DNA from: Vicugna vicugna
Lineage: Eukaryota
Direction of reading: 5' to 3'
Length of the DNA: 20,000 nt
NCBI GenBank assembly: GCA_013265495.1
Contig: MU058781.1
Location: 12,329,437-12,349,436 of the forward strand
Below the pieces are notes generated by a model, which searched no databases, was not told the origin of the DNA, and worked only from the letters and a program-made list of their open reading frames with translations. The position numbers were made by a program, and so were the translations under genes. This document shows, piece by piece, positions 11,025 through 20,000 of this stretch (within the stretch, counting starts at the first letter, position 1; the number at the start of each line of letters is the position of its first letter).

Positions 11025-14000
11025 TTAGATTCCACATATGAGCGATCTCATATGGTATTTTTCTTTCTCTTTCTGGCTTACTTCACTTAGAATGACATTC
11101 TCTAGGAGCATCCATGTTGCTGCAAATGGCATTATGTTGTCGGTTTTTATGGCTGAGTAGTATTCCATTGTATAAATATACCACATCTTCTTTATCCAGT
11201 CACCTGTTGATGGACATTTAGGCTGTTTCCATGTTTTGGCTATTGTAAATAGTGCTGCTATGAACATTGGGGTGCAGGTGTCATCCTGAAGTAGATTTCC
11301 TTCTGGGTACAAGCCCAGGAGTGGGATTCCTGGGTCATATGGTAAGTCTATTCCTAGTCTTTTGAGGAATCTCCACACTGTTTTCCATAGTGGCTGCACC
11401 AAACTGCATTCCCACCAGCAGTGTAGGAGGGTTCCCCTTTCTCCACAGCCTCTCCAGCATTTGTCATTTTTGGATTTTTGAATGACGGCCATTCTGACTG
11501 GTGTGAGGTGATACCTCATTGTAGTTTTGATTTGCATTTCTCTGATAATTAGTGATATTGAACATTTTTTCATGTGCTTTTTGATCATTTGTATGTCTTC
11601 CTTGGAGAATTGCTTGTTTAGGTCTTCTGCCCATTTTTGGATTGGGTTGTTTATTTTTTTCTTATTGAGTCGTATGAGCTGCTTATATATTTTGGAGATC
11701 AAGCCTTTGTCGGTTTCACTTGCAAAAATTTTCTCCCATTCCGTAGGTTTTCTTCTTGTTTTATTTCTGGTTTCCTTTGCTCTGCAGAAGCTTGTAAGTT
11801 TCATTAGGTCCCATTTGTTTATTCTTGCTTTTATTTCTTCTAGGAGAAAATTTTTGAAATGTATGTCAGATAATGTTTTGCCTATGTTTTCCTCTAGGAG
11901 GTTTATTGTATCTTGTCTTATGTTTAAGTCTTTAATCCATTTTGAGTTGATTTTTGTATATGGTGTAAGGGTGTGTTCTAGCTTCATTGTTTTACATGCT
12001 GCTGTCCAGTTTTCCCAACACCATTTGCTGAAGAGACTGTCTTTATTCCATTGTATATTCTTGCCTCCTTTGTCGAAGATGAGTTGACCAAAAGTTTGTG
12101 GGTTCATTTCTGGGCTCTCTATTCTGTTCCATTGGTCTATATGTCTGTTTTGGTACCAATACCATGCTGTCTTGATGACTGTAGCTCTATAGTATTGTCT
12201 GAAGTCTGGGAGAGTTATTCCTCCAGCCTCTTTCTTTCTCTTCAGTAATGCTTTAGCAATTCTAGGTCTTTGATGGTTCCATATAAATTTTATTATGATT
12301 TGTTCTAGTTCTGTGAAATATGTCCTGGGTAATTGGATAGGGATTGCATTAAATCTGTAGATTGCCTTGGGCAGTGTGACCATTTTAACAATATTGATTC
12401 TTCCAATCCAAGAGCATGGAATATCTTTCCATTTTTTAAAGTCTTCTTTAATTTCCTTCATCAATGGTTTATAGTTTTCTGTGTATAATTCTTTCACCTC
12501 CTTGGTTAGATTTATTCCCAGATATTTTATTACTTTGGGTGCTATTTTAAAGGGGATTGTTTCTTTACTTTCTTTTTCTGTTGATTTATCGTTAGTGTAA
12601 AGAAAGGCAACTGATTTTTGAACATTAATTTTGTAACCTGCTACCTTGCTGAATTCTTCGATCAGCTCTAGTAGCTTTTTTGTGGACCTTTTAGGGTTTT
12701 CTATATATAGTAACATGTCGTCAGCATATAATGACACTTTTACCTCTTCTTTTCCAATTTGGATCCCTTTTATTTCTTTCTCTTGCCTGATTGCTGTGGC
12801 TAGGACTTCCAGGACTATGTTGAATAGGAGTGGTGATAGTGGGCATCCTTGTCTTGTCCCAGATTTTAGTGGGAAGCTTTTGAGTTTTTCACCGTTGAGA
12901 ACTATGCTGGCTGTAGGTTTGTCATATATAGCTTTTATTATGTTGAGATATGTTCCCTCTATACCCACTTTGGCGAGAGTTTTTATCATAAATGGGTGTT
13001 GAATTTTATCAAATGCTTTTTCTGCATCGATTGAGATGATCATGTGGTTTTTGTCCTTTCTCTTGTTGATGTGATGTATTACATTGATTGATTTGCGTAT
13101 GTTGAACCAGCCTTGTGTCCCTGGGATGAACCCCACTTGGTCATGATGTATAATCTTTTTTATGTGTTGTTGGATTCTATTTGCTAAAATTTTGGTGAGG
13201 ATTTTGGCGTCTATGTTCATCAGTGATATTGGCCTATAATTCTCTTTTTTTGTAGTGTCTTTGCCTGGTTTTGGTATCAGGGTGATGGTGGCTTCATAGA
13301 ATGAGTTTGGGAGTATTCCCTCCTTTTCAATCGTCTGGAAGAGTTTGAGAAGGACTGGTATGAGTTCTTCTTTGTATGTTTGGTAGAATTCCCCGGTGAA
13401 GCCATCCGGTCCTGGACTTTTATTTGTAGGGAGGTTTTTAATTGCTATTTCTATTTCCTTTCTAGTGATCGGATTGTTCAAGTGTTCAGTTTCTTCTTGA
13501 TTCAGTTTTGGTGGACAGTATGTTTCCAGAAACTTGTCCATCTCCTCTAGGTTATCCAGTTTGGTTCCATATAGTTTTTCATAATATTCTCGTATGATAT
13601 TCTGTATTTCTATTTTGTTTGTTGTAATTTCTCCATTTTCCTTTCTTATTTTGCTAATTTGTGCTCTCTCTTTTTTCTTCTTTGTGAGTTTGGCCAGAGG
13701 TTTGTCGATTTTATTTACTTTTTCAAAAAACCAGCTTTTGGTTTGGTTGATTTTTTCTATGGTCTTGTTAATCTCTATTGTATTTAATTCCTCTCTGATC
13801 TTTATTATTTCCTTCCTTCTGCTGCTTTTTGGGGCTTTTTGTTCTTCTTTTTCTAATTGATTCAGGTGGTGGGTTAACTTGTTTATTTGAGATTGTTCTT
13901 CTTTTTTGAGGAAGGCCTGTATCGCTATAAACTTCCCTCTTAGCACTGCCTTTGCTGTGTCCCATAGGTTTTGAGTGGTTGTGCTTTCATTATCATTTGT

Positions 14001-14822
14001 CTCAAGGTATTTTTTAATTTCAGCTTTGATTTCCTCATTGATCCATTGTTTTTTCAATAACATATTGTTTAATCTCCATGCTTTTCTTTTTTTCTCCTTT
14101 GTTTCTCTGTTGTTGATTTCCAGTTTCATGGCATTGTGGTCAGTAAAGATGCTTGAGATAATTTCTATCTTCTTAAATTTGTTGAGGTTTCTTTTGTGTC
14201 CAAGTACATGATCGATCCTGGAAAATGTTCCATGTGCACTTGAAAAGAATGTATATTCTATTTTTTGGGGGTGTAAAGCTCTGAAAATATCCACCAAATC
14301 TAGTTTTTCTATTGTAGTATTTAATTTCTCTGTTGCCTTGTTTATTTTCTGTCTGGAAGATCTGTCTAGTGATGTTAATGCAGTGTTAAAATCTCCAACT
14401 ATGATTGTATTCCCATCAATATCCCCCTTTATCTCTGTTAGTAATTCTTGTATGTACTTAGGTGCTCCTATATTGGGTGCATATATATTAACGAGTGTAA
14501 TATCTTCATCTTGTATCACTCCTTTAATCATTATAAAATGTCCTTCTTTATCTTTCTTTATGGCCTTTGTTTTAAAGTCTATTTTGTCTGAAATCAGTAC
14601 TGCAACACCTGCTTTTTTGGCTTTTCCATTTGCATGGAATATCCTTTTCCATCCTTTCACTCTCAATCTATATGTGTCCTTCTCCCTAAAGTGGGTCTCT
14701 TGTATGCAGCATATTGAAGGTTCTTGCTTTATTATCCAGTCTGCCACTCTATGTCTTTTGACTGGAGCATTTAGTCCATTAACATTTACAGTAATTAATG
14801 ATAGATGTGTGTTTATTGCCAT
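11025..14822 (-). CDS. L1 ORF2p (APE-like endonuclease, reverse transcriptase, C-terminal CCHC), 1265 aa
   Basis: Uninterrupted ORF; EN motifs NVNGLN, QETH, NIYAPN, GDFN, SRIDH, TDH; RT motifs NYRPISL, QGCPLSP, YADD, KYLG; zinc knuckle [18 protein letters not shown]. Confidence 0.97.
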   Translation of the reverse strand: MAINTHLSLITVNVNGLNAPVKRHRVADWIIKQEPSICCIQETHFREKDTYRLRVKGWKRIFHANGKAKKAGVAVLISDKIDFKTKAIKKDKEGHFIMIKGVIQDEDITLVNIYAPNIGAPKYIQELLTEIKGDIDGNTIIVGDFNTALTSLDRSSRQKINKATEKLNTTIEKLDLVDIFRALHPQKIEYTFFSSAHGTFSRIDHVLGHKRNLNKFKKIEIISSIFTDHNAMKLEINNRETKEKKRKAWRLNNMLLKKQWINEEIKAEIKKYLETNDNESTTTQNLWDTAKAVLRGKFIAIQAFLKKEEQSQINKLTHHLNQLEKEEQKAPKSSRRKEIIKIREELNTIEINKTIEKINQTKSWFFEKVNKIDKPLAKLTKKKKERAQISKIRKENGEITTNKIEIQNIIREYYEKLYGTKLDNLEEMDKFLETYCPPKLNQEETEHLNNPITRKEIEIAIKNLPTNKSPGPDGFTGEFYQTYKEELIPVLLKLFQTIEKEGILPNSFYEATITLIPKPGKDTTKKENYRPISLMNIDAKILTKILANRIQQHIKKIIHHDQVGFIPGTQGWFNIRKSINVIHHINKRKDKNHMIISIDAEKAFDKIQHPFMIKTLAKVGIEGTYLNIIKAIYDKPTASIVLNGEKLKSFPLKSGTRQGCPLSPLLFNIVLEVLATAIRQEKEIKGIQIGKEEVKVSLYADDMLLYIENPKRSTKKLLELIEEFSKVAGYKINVQKSVAFLYTNDKSTEKESKETIPFKIAPKVIKYLGINLTKEVKELYTENYKPLMKEIKEDFKKWKDIPCSWIGRINIVKMVTLPKAIYRFNAIPIQLPRTYFTELEQIIIKFIWNHQRPRIAKALLKRKKEAGGITLPDFRQYYRATVIKTAWYWYQNRHIDQWNRIESPEMNPQTFGQLIFDKGGKNIQWNKDSLFSKWCWENWTAACKTMKLEHTLTPYTKINSKWIKDLNIRQDTINLLEENIGKTLSDIHFKNFLLEEIKARINKWDLMKLTSFCRAKETRNKTRRKPTEWEKIFASETDKGLISKIYKQLIRLNKKKINNPIQKWAEDLNKQFSKEDIQMIKKHMKKCSISLIIREMQIKTTMRYHLTPVRMAVIQKSKNDKCWRGCGERGTLLHCWWECSLVQPLWKTVWRFLKRLGIDLPYDPGIPLLGLYPEGNLLQDDTCTPMFIAALFTIAKTWKQPKCPSTGDWIKKMWYIYTMEYYSAIKTDNIMPFAATWMLLENVILSEVSQKEKEKYHMRSLICGI

Positions 14823-15034
14823 TTTGAACTTATCTTTGCAGTTGAATTGGTATATCCTCTTTGTTCCTTTCTTCTTCCTTTTGTGGTTTGGTAATTTTCC
14901 TTTGTATTATCATGGATTTTATTTAATTTTTGTGACTCCCTTGTAAATTTTTGACTTGTGGTTACCCTTTTTTGTAAATCTATTAACCTATACCCGTTTT
15001 TAATAAACTGATAATAACATGATCTCAAACCCAT
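14813..15034 (-). CDS. Putative 73-aa basic small ORF in the L1 inter-ORF spacer, overlapping the ORF2 start
   Basis: ATG in strong Kozak context (AGGATGG); ends AAA TGG CAA TAA across the ORF2 ATG; directly preceded by a polypyrimidine tract and CAG. Translation is unproven. Confidence 0.3.
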   Translation of the reverse strand: MGLRSCYYQFIKNGYRLIDLQKRVTTSQKFTRESQKLNKIHDNTKENYQTTKGRRKEQRGYTNSTAKISSKWQ

Positions 15035-15219
15035 CCTACTGTTAAAAAAATTTAAAAAAGAAAGAAAAAAAATTCTATATTTCCCTGCCTCCCTCTCCCA
15101 CTCTCAGTGATTTGTATGTCTTCTTTTATAATTTCGTGTTTTCTTTATTTGTAATTCATGAGTTATCACCTTTCCAGTTGTACGTTTCTCATTTCTGTAG
15201 CATCCTGCTGCTTTTCTAT

Positions 15220-16122
15220 TTAGAATAGCCCTTTCAATATTTCTTTTAGCATGGGTTTAGTGTTGCTAAACTCCTGCAGCTTTTTTTTGTCTGTGAAACT
15301 CTTTATTTCTCCTTCTATCCTAAAGGATAGCCTTGCTGGATAAAGTATCCTAGGCTGCATCTTTTTTTCATTCAGGGCTTTGAATATATCTTGCCACTCC
15401 CTTCTGGCCTGTAGTGTTTGTGTAGAGAAATCAGCTGAGAGCCTTATGGGGGTTCCCTTGTAGTTCACTCTTTGCTTTTCTCTTGCTGCCTTTAGAATCA
15501 TTTCTTTATCCTTGACTCTGGCCATCTTGATTATGATATGTCTTGGTGTGGGTCTATTTGGGTTCTTCCTGTTTGGGACCCTCTGAGCTTCCTGTACTTG
15601 TATATCTGATTCCTTCTTTAAGTTTGGGAAGTTTTCAGTCATGATTTCTTCAAAAACCTTTTCAATCCCCTTTGATCCTTCTTCCCCTTCTGGGACCCCT
15701 ATTATGCGAAGATTGGGACGCTTTATATTATCCCATAGGTCCCTTATGCTATTATCATTATTTTTTATTTGCTTATCTTGTAGTTCTTCTGAATGGGTGC
15801 TTTCTGTTGCCCTGTCTTCTAGATCACTAATTCGTTCCTCTGCATTAACTAGTCGGCTTTGCACAGCTGTTAGATCATTCCTCATCTCTGTCAATGAGTT
15901 TTCCCATTTTGCTTGGCTCTTCTTTATAGCTTCAATTTCATTTTTGACATATTTTATTTCTCTAAGCATTATCTCTTTTAATTCCTTCAGCAATTTGATC
16001 ACTCCTTTTTTGAAATCTTGATCTAGTAGGCTATCGATGTCTATTTCATTGAGCTTTCTTTCAGGGGATTCCTCTTGTTCTTTTAATTGGGAAAGGTTTC
16101 TCTGCTTCTTCATCTTGCTCAT
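15220..16122 (-). CDS. L1 ORF1p (coiled coil, RRM, CTD), 300 aa
   Basis: Uninterrupted ORF with conserved motifs RPNLRIIGVPE, ENFPNL, PRHII, ILKAAREK, ARREW, YPARLSF. Confidence 0.96.
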   Translation of the reverse strand: MSKMKKQRNLSQLKEQEESPERKLNEIDIDSLLDQDFKKGVIKLLKELKEIMLREIKYVKNEIEAIKKSQAKWENSLTEMRNDLTAVQSRLVNAEERISDLEDRATESTHSEELQDKQIKNNDNSIRDLWDNIKRPNLRIIGVPEGEEGSKGIEKVFEEIMTENFPNLKKESDIQVQEAQRVPNRKNPNRPTPRHIIIKMARVKDKEMILKAAREKQRVNYKGTPIRLSADFSTQTLQARREWQDIFKALNEKKMQPRILYPARLSFRIEGEIKSFTDKKKLQEFSNTKPMLKEILKGLF

Positions 16123-16218
16123 ACCTCTCTGGCACTGTGGTTTATGGAGTATCAGTTGTCTATTTTGGATCTTAAGGATTTTATCTATCTAATGCCTATT
16201 TAGGAATAGAACTTAGGG

Positions 16219-16582
16219 AAAAAAAAAAAAAAAGAAAAAAAAAGAGAAAAAAATAAGAGAGAGAGAGAAAGATTTTTAAAAGAAGGGAGAAAGAGGGTTT
16301 GAAAACAATGTATAATGAATAATAGAAGAGCGGGTTGAAGCAGAGTATTAATCGGGTGGAGACGTCCTTTTAAAACCTTTAAAAAAAAAAGGGGGGTGGG
16401 GAGATGAATATATGTGTTTGAAGCCTGTGTCTAATCAATAACAGGACATCAAACCCCAAGAGAAATAGAAATGAATTAAGAAGTAAAAATTAAGAGAGTA
16501 ATTGAAAATAGAACAGGTAAAAACAGATTTAAAAAACAACAACAACAAAAAAAAAACAAAAACAAAAAACAAAACAAAAAAA
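16219..16582. repeat. A/AG/CA-rich low-complexity tracts (U-rich on the L1 sense strand) in the ORF1-proximal 5'UTR
   Basis: A-runs and (AG)n at about 16219-16270, A-run near 16381, (CAA/CAAAA)n at about 16531-16582. Confidence 0.8.
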
Positions 16583-16599
16583 GGGGTTGTCGGTGTTCT

Positions 16600-17919
16600 C
16601 CTGGAGTGTGTGTGCTTTTAATGTGATGTCCTTCTGTCTTCGTCCTGTTTTGGAAGCTCAGCTTGTTTTCATAGGCCCTCCGTTGGCGCCCTCTTCTGTG
16701 TTGCTCCCAGCACCTGTCGGCAAGCAGATCGCGCCTCCTCCTAACACGGGGTCAGATGCAGCTCTCCTCTGCTGCGGGCGAGCGGGTCACTGCCCATCCG
16801 GATGCCGCAGTCAGATGTTGCAGACTGGCCAGGCAGGAGGGCGGGTCGTGCCCCCTCCCAGCACCTCGGTCAGGGGTTGTGTTCCTGCCCAACAGGCGGG
16901 GGGGGGCCGCTCTCCCCTTGCCTGCCCCGCCAGTAGCTCCGCTGCTCTGTGCGGCTGCGCGCTCTGCGCCGGCGCTCCGCCCTGGTCGGCGCCCCGCCCT
17001 GGTCGCACTCCTTCCCGTTCGGCGCTCCGCCCTGGTCGCGCTCCGCGGGTGGGCTCGGGGAAGACCCAGGGGCAGCCTCGTCCCTGCTCCGAGCCAAGAC
17101 CCAGCTGCTTGTTTGTCTTTGTGGAGCAAGTTCTCTGGGGGACCAGAATGGAAGGATCCTATCTGCCCAGGGCTGTAGGCCCGTCTCAGTCTGGCCCTTG
17201 AGGCTGCTAAGCCCTTCGGTGCGGACGCAGGTTTCGCCTCTGCCCCCGCCTGGGTGCTCAGCGCCGGAGAATATGGCGGCTCTGCCTGGGCCCCGCCCCT
17301 CTTCCCCTGAAAAGTTTCCGCGGGTTTTCAGAGATGGGGGTATGCACCCTTCCCCCGAGAGCACATCAACCTTGCTGTTTTATGGAGGGCCCAGGTTGTT
17401 CTGTCCTGTACACCCACAGCCCCAGCGCCCAGCCCCTTGCAGTCCTCTGGAGCTGCCTCCGTGCAGCCGCCCCCGTCCTCCGCCCGGCTTGTGCAGCCTG
17501 GCCCTGCCCGCCGCTGCCAGCCCGCGTCTCAGGCTGGGTGTCGGGGGGACGCTCTGTGCCTGTTTAACTTAGTTCTGTCATACAAGGGCTGCTCTATACA
17601 GATCCGAGCCTTGGAGGCTCCCCCTCCGTCCCGCTGGCCTCTCAATTGGAGAGGGGAGACCCAGAGAGCAAGCGCCAGTCCTCCTTTGCCGCTCCCTCCC
17701 CACGGGACCCCTCCCGCGCTGCTTTGCCTTTTGTCCTTTCTTTTTTCCTTTTCTCCTACCAGATTTTTGGCGTCTTTATCTTTTGAAGAGGGCGATGATC
17801 TGTTGGAGTTCCGCAGGTGCTCTGGTTGGCTGAGTGGGTCTGTAGATGTGGGTCTTGGTGTATTTGTGGGAGAGGGTGACTTACAAGCGTCCTTCTACTC
17901 CGCCATCTTGCCCGGAAGT
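16600..17919 (-). promoter_or_regulatory. CpG-island L1 internal promoter with 5' YY1 site
   Basis: Dense CpG and GC boxes; CAAGATGGCGG at 17910-17900 (minus), about 10 nt from the element 5' end, as in other mammalian L1s. Confidence 0.8.
16971..17046. repeat. ~4.5 copies of a 16-17 bp GC-box tandem repeat (GGCGCTCCGCCCTGGTC)
   Basis: Units at 16971, 16988, 17005 (diverged), 17021 and 17038 (partial). Confidence 0.85.
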
Positions 17920-17931
17920 CTCAAAATTCTT
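17920..17931. repeat. L1 target site duplication, right copy CTCAAAATTCTT
   Basis: Identical to 10687-10698. Confidence 0.92.
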
Positions 17932-18045
17932 AACTTGATCACATATGCAAAGTCCTTTTTTCCCACACAAGGTAACACGTTTTCAGTTTCCAGGGATTAG
18001 GACTGGAAATGGAAATCTTCAGGCAGCATTATTCAGCCTACCACA
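17932..18045 (-). mobile_element. MLT1 LTR, right part
   Basis: aacttgatcacatatgcaaagtcc...aaggtaac...gggattagga...cattattcagcctaccACA matches the MLT1 terminus; rejoined LTR is ~484 bp with TG...CA ends. Confidence 0.8.
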
Positions 18046-18419
18046 GTCCACTTTTGAAGAGTGAAGAAGTAGCATGGAGAATGGAAACAACTGTTCCTTC
18101 CTTCTTGTAACTGAAAATTCTGCTTATTGACTTATTGTAGAGTCATTCTGTACCTGGTCAGCCAATGAAAGTAGCTAAAAAGAAAACAAGAGAACTTTGT
18201 TTTGCCTAGTCTGCCCAGACGAAGAGGTGACATTTTCTGATTTGTGCAAAGATAGGGAGCGATCTGGCAACAGCCTTGATAGAAAAAGTGGCTGAGACTG
18301 GATCCCCCAAATAGGACTACATATGACAAGGAAAGAATGGTCAACAGCGCCCAATGCCAGAAGTAAGATTCAAACTATATTCTTCAGGCTGATTATGTTG
18401 TTTAAATAGTGTAATCCTA

Positions 18420-18547
18420 TAGTTGGATTTTGCAAGCTCCCAAAGGAATCTTGTGTATTTCAAGAACTGCTTTATCCACAGCTCTTTCAACAGTATCTGG
18501 CCTAGAGTATATGTTCAATAAACATTAGTTTACTGAATGGATGAATT
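18420..18547 (+). mobile_element. L2 LINE 3' end
   Basis: acagtatctggcctagagtatatgttcaataaacattagtttactgaatggatgaat is a typical L2 tail. Confidence 0.65.
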
Positions 18548-18789
18548 CTTGAGTCATACTTGCCATTACGAATCAAGATTTCTGTAGCTGGTCCAAACCC
18601 CTTACCCCATCCCACACCATGATTTTCACATAGCAAAGTATTAAATCAACCCAGTGAACTATATACTTAAATAGTAAATATCCATAATCTGTTTATAAAC
18701 ATCAAAAGTAATGTAAGAGAAAAGATCAGAGAGTCCTAAAAAATTAGGTCTCTTTGGCCTGGCGTTAACAGCTGTTTCCAATCAGAGCA

Positions 18790-19230
18790 GTTCAATTCCA
18801 CCCTCTTTTTTGAGAATTTCCTATGTTCCAGACATGGTGCTAACTTCTGAGAATATCAATTTGTTTAAGACCTGACTTAAGCCCATGACTCCACAGAGTT
18901 CACAGTCCACTGAGCGAGGATATACGCAAAGACAGACAACTAGGACGGAAAGAACAAAGACAAAAAATACAAGCATGCACAGGGTAGGAGGAGAGAACAA
19001 ATCAGGACCCCTTTCAACACAGGGGTGTCAGAGGAAGGCTTCCTGGAGAAGGCAGGGTTGTGGTCAGTCTTCATGAATGGTGTGAAAGAGTCTGTTATAT
19101 AGGGGAAGGAACTTCCAGAAAGAGTGAGGCCATAGTGGCATGGCATGGGGAATTAGAATTGTTCAACACAACTGGAGATTAAAGTACAAAGGCATGAAGG
19201 AAATTTGGTCAACAGGCTGGAAACATGGCA
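18790..19230 (-). mobile_element. L2 LINE fragment (antisense)
   Basis: ttgagaatttcctatgttccagacatggtgcta...gagttcacagtcca...gtcagaggaaggcttcctggagaagg resembles antisense L2. Confidence 0.55.
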
Positions 19231-19319
19231 AACATTAAAAAAAATCAATTGCTTTTCTCAATAGTAGAAATAACCAGCCAAGAATGGCAATTGAAAGAAG
19301 TTTTTAATGTTCTCTAGTA

Positions 19320-19467
19320 AGAAAAACTACAGAACTTTTAGGCATTACTTGAATAAGAGAAGTATGACTTAAAAGAAAACAATAAAATTTTGTTAAAGGA
19401 CATAAAACAAGATCTGGCTAAATGGAACTATATGCTATATTATTGGGTGGAGAACTTAATATCATAC
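19320..19467 (+). mobile_element. Ancient L1 ORF2 fragment
   Basis: Translates to ENNKILLKDIKQDLAKWNYMLYYW, homologous to [24 protein letters not shown] in the ORF2p of this window; interrupted at 19468. Confidence 0.6.
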
Positions 19468-20000
19468 TGCGGGGGGCCACTCGTAACTGAGGACTGCCAA
19501 GCACAGAAACTGGGCGTAAAAACCCAAAGTGCTAGCGTCAGGCTTTGAGGTTGATCTAACAAAGACAATCTCTGTCCCGCCACCCCTTTGAAGAATGTCA
19601 CCGGGTGTGTTAGGGTTCCAAGAACATCCTGAGTTACAAAGTCACAAAGGACAATAGAAGGATAGATACAATCAGCACACGAATTAGTGATCCCAGCCTG
19701 AGGAACAATCACCTGAGTTAATAGAACACTAGTCACGATGTTAGCCTAAAGGAATAATAACCTTAGTTTATTATGTTAGCTTTTGGGGATACTTTATGGG
19801 AATAGTAAACATTGGTAATGCATGTGACTATACACAAGTTAATGATTTTAGTACACATTGTTAATGTACCTTAAAATAATACCTCTGCCTACGTGCAGGA
19901 ATGTATGAGCTAAAGGGTTAAAATCATATAAATTAACTGCTGAAAATAAACTCATGGTCCACTCTTGACTTAGCGTCTTGCGGGCTAGAGTGAGACCCTC
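19468..20000 (+). mobile_element. Probable ERV LTR (ERV2/betaretrovirus-like), truncated by the window end
   Basis: Abrupt start TGCGGGGGG interrupting an old L1; TATAAA at 19927-19932 followed closely by AATAAA at 19945-19950; retained CpGs. Confidence 0.6.

Larger units (their letters stand above)
10699..17919 (-). mobile_element. Full-length LINE-1 (~7.2 kb) with intact ORF1 and ORF2
   Basis: 5'UTR 17919-16123, ORF1, 397-bp spacer, ORF2, 3'UTR with AATAAA (10720-10715), short poly(A) (10699-10708) and a perfect 12-bp TSD. Confidence 0.97.

Noticed and set aside
11527..16021. Multiple plus-strand ORFs (e.g. 11527-12087, 12646-13002, 14338-14946, 15641-16021)
   Set aside because: Antisense shadows of L1 ORF1/ORF2; Phe/Ile/Leu/Ser-rich composition reflects the A-rich sense strand.
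16971..17046. Repeat array as CRISPR-like
   Set aside because: Head-to-tail units without spacers, in a mammalian L1 context.
16587..18000. Overlapping 125-207 aa ORFs on both strands of the L1 5'UTR
   Set aside because: Expected in GC-rich, stop-poor DNA; most start at GTG/TTG and encode low-complexity Pro/Ala/Arg/Gly sequence.
10324..18050. 5-bp TSD for the MLT1 LTR
   Set aside because: Flanks ATCTC and GTCCA do not match; presumably decayed.

Overview
Mammalian genomic DNA (probably laurasiatherian; a camelid or other cetartiodactyl is my inference from L1 style and the absence of Alu, B1, Bov and PRE SINEs). The left half holds the 5' part of SLC17A2 (NPT3) on the minus strand: four coding exons (4451-4478, 3000-3211, 894-1127, 714-801) with canonical GT-AG sites and consistent phases, plus a candidate non-coding first exon and HNF1-type promoter near 9.4-9.7 kb. 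About 1.1 kb upstream, in the same orientation, is a full-length ~7.2 kb LINE-1 (10699-17919) with intact ORF1 and ORF2, a CpG-rich 5'UTR with a YY1 site, a perfect 12-bp TSD and a near-canonical endonuclease site, inserted into an old MLT1 (MaLR) LTR. Its ~400-bp inter-ORF spacer carries a strong 3' splice site and a 73-aa ORF whose stop overlaps the ORF2 start. The window ends inside a probable betaretrovirus-like LTR. The rest is MIR, L2, CR1 and old L1 fragments and microsatellites.
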